Of a stretch of DNA of 31,916 nucleotides, positions 27,975 to 31,916 are shown one piece after another. Below the pieces are notes generated by a model, which was not told the DNA's origin, did no database searches, and saw nothing but the letters and a program-made list of their open reading frames with translations. Every line of letters starts with the position of its first letter. Within the stretch, counting starts at the first letter, position 1. Source of the stretch: Bdellovibrionota bacterium (GTDB lineage: Bacteria; Bdellovibrionota_C; UBA2361; OMII01); contig JBIJBE010000039.1 of assembly GCA_044345405.1 (NCBI GenBank), forward strand, positions 1 to 31,916, written 5' to 3'. The position numbers and the translations under genes were made by a program.

Positions 27975-28208
27975 ATACTCCGCCTGAATCCCAGGAACGT
28001 ACGGAGGCGACGAGAATCTGATTCAAGCTGCCCGCCCCAAATTCTCTCGATCGACCATAAAACCCAAAAACTAAAGAGATGGTGGCACAGGGGTGAGCAG
28101 AGCCGCCATGTGCGCTCCTTTCACGTGGCATTTCAAAGTCTTACAAGTGGGCATATCCTTTGTAGCACACCATATTCCGAACGGGACACTTCGGGGGAAC
28201 CCGGAGTG

Positions 28209-30389
28209 TCATTGGTGTTCGCCCCGGAGGAATTTCTCCGCCTTCCAAGCATAGCTCGTCTCAACGGATCGGCTCGTTCCACCAGCCGCGGAAGCGACCT
28301 TTTGAACCGTGGTGCCTTTGATCACCGTGCCACTCGAAGAGATAGTCGCGGTTGAGGTAACGGTTACCTCGCCATTCGCGTCGAAGATCTTGAACGAAAG
28401 GGTCTTGTCACCGTTAGGCCCTTCGCGAACCTCGCCAGCGGCGGGAACGATTCGAACCGCGGAGTGAAGTCCATCCGAGTTCTCGTCGAGGATCGCCTCA
28501 ACGACGCTGTATCCGAACACCCGTTCTCCCTCCTGTTGGAACACGAAGAATCCAGGATGCTTTTCTCCCTCGCCGTCGGTCGTTGACCACATCCAGTATC
28601 CGCTGAGATCGCGTGCGTGATTCGAGACAGCCTGAGGGCTGAATGTCATGGCGTTAATGTCTTTGAGTCGAGAGAACGGAGCGAGCGTATCGCCGTCCAT
28701 CAGGTCAGCCGATGCACCGCCGGCGAACTCCTCAGTGTCTCCACCAGTGAACGTGGCGTGCAACGCCTCCGAAGCTTCCTGTTCGTTCATGAAGGTCTCG
28801 GCGTACCAGTCAACTGAGCCTCCCGCTACCTCCTCTCCATCCACCAGGCGAGTGAATCCTCGTGTGAGGTGAACATCTCGAGAGCCCTCTGATGAGGCGG
28901 GCGCCTGATAGAAGATCTCCTGCACGCTGCGCGTATGCGCTGGCACGATCTCGCCGTCATCGGAGACGCCATCTCGGTTCGCGTCGAACCAGAGGCTCAA
29001 GGGGTTGAGTTCGTCTCCAGAGATCTTGCCATCGTTATTGGTGTCGAGCGTTCCAAGCGCTTCATATCCGTTGGTCCATGGCTCTCCGAGTGGAGCGGCA
29101 TCATCGATCGATGGTGTCGAGGACCGTCCACCGAATGTGAAGTTTCCGAAGAGTTGACGCGCTGAGGTCACCTTACCTGTGCGCTCTGGGTCGTACACGA
29201 GAAGGGGAGCGCTCGCTGAACCCTTCCATATACTTGAGGCGCCGGGTTGTCTCGGATCAACGGAGAACTGAACAACGGTCAGTCCCTCATTAAGGTTGGT
29301 GGTAGTGTCAAAGATGAGGGAGATCGGACTCCATGACACTCCAGCGAATCCGCAAACCTTTTTATCCGGGCTCATTGGGGTGTATTTGCAATCCTGATCC
29401 ATGTAGTAGGTGACCGGTTTGATAAGGGGATTGCCGTCTCTGTTGGCGTTGTATCCTCCCGGAACTCCCAGGAACCTCGCGAGTGTTGTTACGAGGACGT
29501 CATTACCGCACCAGCCAAAAGAGGTGAATCCATCCCTTTCGTGTTTGTAGGTGCATCCAAACTTTTTGAAATGCTTGGCGAAGCAGCCGGGTACGGATGT
29601 CCACTCGTTTCGGTTAGAGAAGCTACGAGCGTAGGTGTCGTTAACTGATCCAAGTCCTCCCTGCGCGTTCTTCTCCGATTGTTTGCTCCAGTTCGCCCAT
29701 GAAGCGACCCATACACATTGCTTGTCATGTGGGGTTGGCGTGTGGGTCGGTGTGTGAGTTGGCGTATAGGTGGGTGTAGGGGTTCTGGTGTGTGTCGCCG
29801 TGGCCGTCGCTGTAGATGTTGGAGTTACCGTGCGGGTTGGAGTCTCTGTAGCGGTCCACGTTTGAGTCGGGGTCGATGTCGCGGTGGCGGTCATCGTGAT
29901 GGTTGGTGTCTCTGTTGGTGTTGCGGTTGTCGTGGGAGTTGGTGTTGACGTTGCTGTTGGGGTAGGTGTTGGCGTTGCCACATCACCACTACATCCAGCT
30001 CGAGTGAGCGCGTCGGTAATCACCTGTGCATCAAGAGAGGAGATAGCGCCATCTCGATTCGCGTCGAAGTTGCGGTCGAACGCCACCGGTTGAGAGCCGA
30101 AGCTCGCGAGGTACGTCCATATCGCGTCGGAGTCACCCTTCGTGAGGAGGCAGTCTTTCTGCACATCGTACGAAGAAACGTAGGCATCGCCGTTGCAATC
30201 CGTTGGTTTACACGGTTCGATCGGTGTGGGGGTTGGTGATGGAGTCGGAGTTGGTGGAAGAACGTCTGCCACAGAGGGAAACTCTTCAGGGCTATGAGGC
30301 GTCGGGGTCGCGCTGAGGAGCGACGTAGGCTGAACCGCAACGGCGACGGCAAGTGTACTCAGGAGAGAGACTCGGAGAAATGAGTGCAT
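28209..30389 (-). CDS. Secreted paralog with dockerin-like/EF-hand repeats, Thr/Pro stalk and SPM-like domain
   Basis: ATG at 30389 gives a signal peptide (ORF track start 30479). Motifs [24 protein letters not shown] and SPISL...QLFG...[14 protein letters not shown]...[15 protein letters not shown]. Confidence 0.8.
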   Translation of the reverse strand: MHSFLRVSLLSTLAVAVAVQPTSLLSATPTPHSPEEFPSVADVLPPTPTPSPTPTPIEPCKPTDCNGDAYVSSYDVQKDCLLTKGDSDAIWTYLASFGSQPVAFDRNFDANRDGAISSLDAQVITDALTRAGCSGDVATPTPTPTATSTPTPTTTATPTETPTITMTATATSTPTQTWTATETPTRTVTPTSTATATATHTRTPTPTYTPTHTPTHTPTPHDKQCVWVASWANWSKQSEKNAQGGLGSVNDTYARSFSNRNEWTSVPGCFAKHFKKFGCTYKHERDGFTSFGWCGNDVLVTTLARFLGVPGGYNANRDGNPLIKPVTYYMDQDCKYTPMSPDKKVCGFAGVSWSPISLIFDTTTNLNEGLTVVQFSVDPRQPGASSIWKGSASAPLLVYDPERTGKVTSARQLFGNFTFGGRSSTPSIDDAAPLGEPWTNGYEALGTLDTNNDGKISGDELNPLSLWFDANRDGVSDDGEIVPAHTRSVQEIFYQAPASSEGSRDVHLTRGFTRLVDGEEVAGGSVDWYAETFMNEQEASEALHATFTGGDTEEFAGGASADLMDGDTLAPFSRLKDINAMTFSPQAVSNHARDLSGYWMWSTTDGEGEKHPGFFVFQQEGERVFGYSVVEAILDENSDGLHSAVRIVPAAGEVREGPNGDKTLSFKIFDANGEVTVTSTATISSSGTVIKGTTVQKVASAAGGTSRSVETSYAWKAEKFLRGEHQ

Positions 30390-30733
30390 GGCCAACCTAC
30401 TAAAAAACCTGTCGTACCAGTTGTGGCCCGTCTGAGTTACGGTGTGCTCTAATGAGTGCGAATTAGGTTGAGATTCCACCGAACGGGGTGAGAGAGGCAG
30501 ATTCGGTTTGAACGAGTAAGCATTTCTCGCAGCAGGAGTCCGACAAACGTTGAGTTTTAGAACTAGGGCGCTTTTGGGGTCTGTCTTGTAACGTTTGGGC
30601 CGTTTCGGGAATTCCTAATGTTGTAACGCGATGGAGTCCCTCCATAATAAGGAATAGGAGATTCCGTTAGTCGACCCCTCGTCATGAGTGAAGGAAACGG
30701 AATCGCCGAACGCGTAGGTCGCGGGGGATCGTC

Positions 30734-31510
30734 ATGCCGAATACACATGAGTCCGATATGAGGCGAGACCGCTCCCCAGAACGGGGAGCCGAGGGCCCGT
30801 GCTTCGATCCGATCTATCGGGCGGTTATTGATACGCTTAAGGACAGGACCATCATCGGCTCTTCACGCACTGTACTCTCTGAGGACGAGCGCCTTCTTCT
30901 GATCGAGCCGCTTGTGTATCGCGTTCGCGTTGGAGCGCTGGACCCCAAAGAGCTGCTTGGATTTGTCAGTGGGATCGTTCATGGAGGCGTACCATGCGAG
31001 GACTTTATCCGAAATCCCACCATGCCGCTGGATCTTACCAGTATCGAGGGATTAAAGGACGGGCTTCGGCTTCCTCCTCATTTGAGAGAGCGGCGCATGG
31101 CGCCGGAGCGTCGTGATGATGAACTTGATATCCAACAGAATCGTATCGTCGACGCCATCCAGGGAGCTCTCCGCGATTCGAAGGTCGAACTCCCCGTATT
31201 TTTTATCGGCTCGGCCGCGGCGCGCGAAACGGGAAGTCCCTTTGATATCGATATCGGAACGAGCGTGAGCCTTCGCAATGCCCATATGGCGGGTTACGAT
31301 CAGGTATTCAATGAGGTGCGGGCCCGCATGAGCGCGACCCGACGGCAGCAGTTGAGAGAGGGGCCGATACATGGAAATCAAAATCACGTTGGAGCGGTGT
31401 GGTCGCACTTTCATCTGGCGCTGGGAGTTTCCGTGTTTCGATATGAGCGAGCTCTTCGCGTAACATCCTTGGACGTGTACGTCATCGAAAAGGAAAGGGG
31501 CGCTGAATAA
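30734..31510 (+). CDS. Hypothetical protein with a Pol-beta-superfamily nucleotidyltransferase-like motif
   Basis: FFIGSAAARETGSPFDIDIG fits hG[GS]x9-13DhD. Confidence 0.6.
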   Translation: MPNTHESDMRRDRSPERGAEGPCFDPIYRAVIDTLKDRTIIGSSRTVLSEDERLLLIEPLVYRVRVGALDPKELLGFVSGIVHGGVPCEDFIRNPTMPLDLTSIEGLKDGLRLPPHLRERRMAPERRDDELDIQQNRIVDAIQGALRDSKVELPVFFIGSAAARETGSPFDIDIGTSVSLRNAHMAGYDQVFNEVRARMSATRRQQLREGPIHGNQNHVGAVWSHFHLALGVSVFRYERALRVTSLDVYVIEKERGAE

Positions 31511-31609
31511 AGTGGTCATGGTGAGTTCGATGAACACTCATATTTTTCTTGAAAGTTCCGCCAGGTGCGCTAGCTTCTCAGACCTTCGCGTTCATACATT
31601 GGTCTTCGC

Positions 31610-31916
31610 ATGAGCAAGGAAATTATTGCGCAGTTCACACGAGAGATCCGTCGAGATGAGGGGGGCGCCTCGTCATCAGGACGAACGTTTGAGTACTCCC
31701 CGGTTCTGTTAGCGTGTACCTCACTTTTTCCGGTCTCGGGGGAGGAGGGGAGGCGCGAGCGAAACGCGACCCTCGACCTTTTTGTGCCCATCGTTGAGCG
31801 GCTCTCCCGCATGTACGAGATCCCTCCGCCGACACTCGCGTTCCTCAGGCCCGAAGAGCGCGGACGGGGGCTTGGATGTTATGAGCCTCGGCGGCATGAG
31901 ATTCGACTCAGTCCAA
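31610..31916 (+). CDS. Partial ORF running off the window end, hypothetical and possibly a zincin-type metalloprotease
   Basis: My translation MSKEIIAQF...VERLSRMYEIPPPTLAFL...GLGCYEPRRHEIRLSP has no stop, so it is absent from the ORF track. The pattern resembles the strands preceding HExxH, which is not visible here. Confidence 0.55.
   Translation, partial: MSKEIIAQFTREIRRDEGGASSSGRTFEYSPVLLACTSLFPVSGEEGRRERNATLDLFVPIVERLSRMYEIPPPTLAFLRPEERGRGLGCYEPRRHEIRLSP

Noticed and set aside
27419-29960. DNA-level tandem repeats or DGR-like repeats in the secreted genes
   Set aside because: The repetition is Thr/Pro codon low complexity with varied codons. I found no near-identical template/variable repeat pair and no reverse transcriptase.
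31570-31835. Minus-strand ORFs at the right end
   Set aside because: They overlap a more protein-like plus-strand frame starting at 31610.

Overview
Bacterial chromosomal window of moderately high GC. The flagellar genes and sigma54 site look deltaproteobacteria/Bdellovibrionota-like (inferred, unverified). It opens with a truncated ~173-bp tandem array of paired GGAG-type REP-like palindromes (1-617). An accessory region follows with a 620-aa orphan, galM, a divergent HD-domain dNTPase-like protein, a DUF1521/MIIA-like protein lacking its GDPH cleavage motif, a four-gene A-B-B'-A' cluster of two families I cannot recognise, and a MotA/MotB(OmpA)-type pair. The core middle holds sigma54-driven fliK-flgD-flgE, meaB, an acyl-CoA dehydrogenase with a FadF-like Fe-S protein, a 6S-RNA-like hairpin, a CNNM/TlyC protein, a ligand-less PHP protein, an EVE protein and map. 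The right end has two paralogous secreted Thr/Pro-stalk proteins with FrpC self-processing-module-like domains, a nucleotidyltransferase-motif protein and a truncated ORF. The best candidate for an undescribed system is the A-B-B'-A' cluster (7060-9258). All family calls come from motif recognition by eye; no database searches were run.
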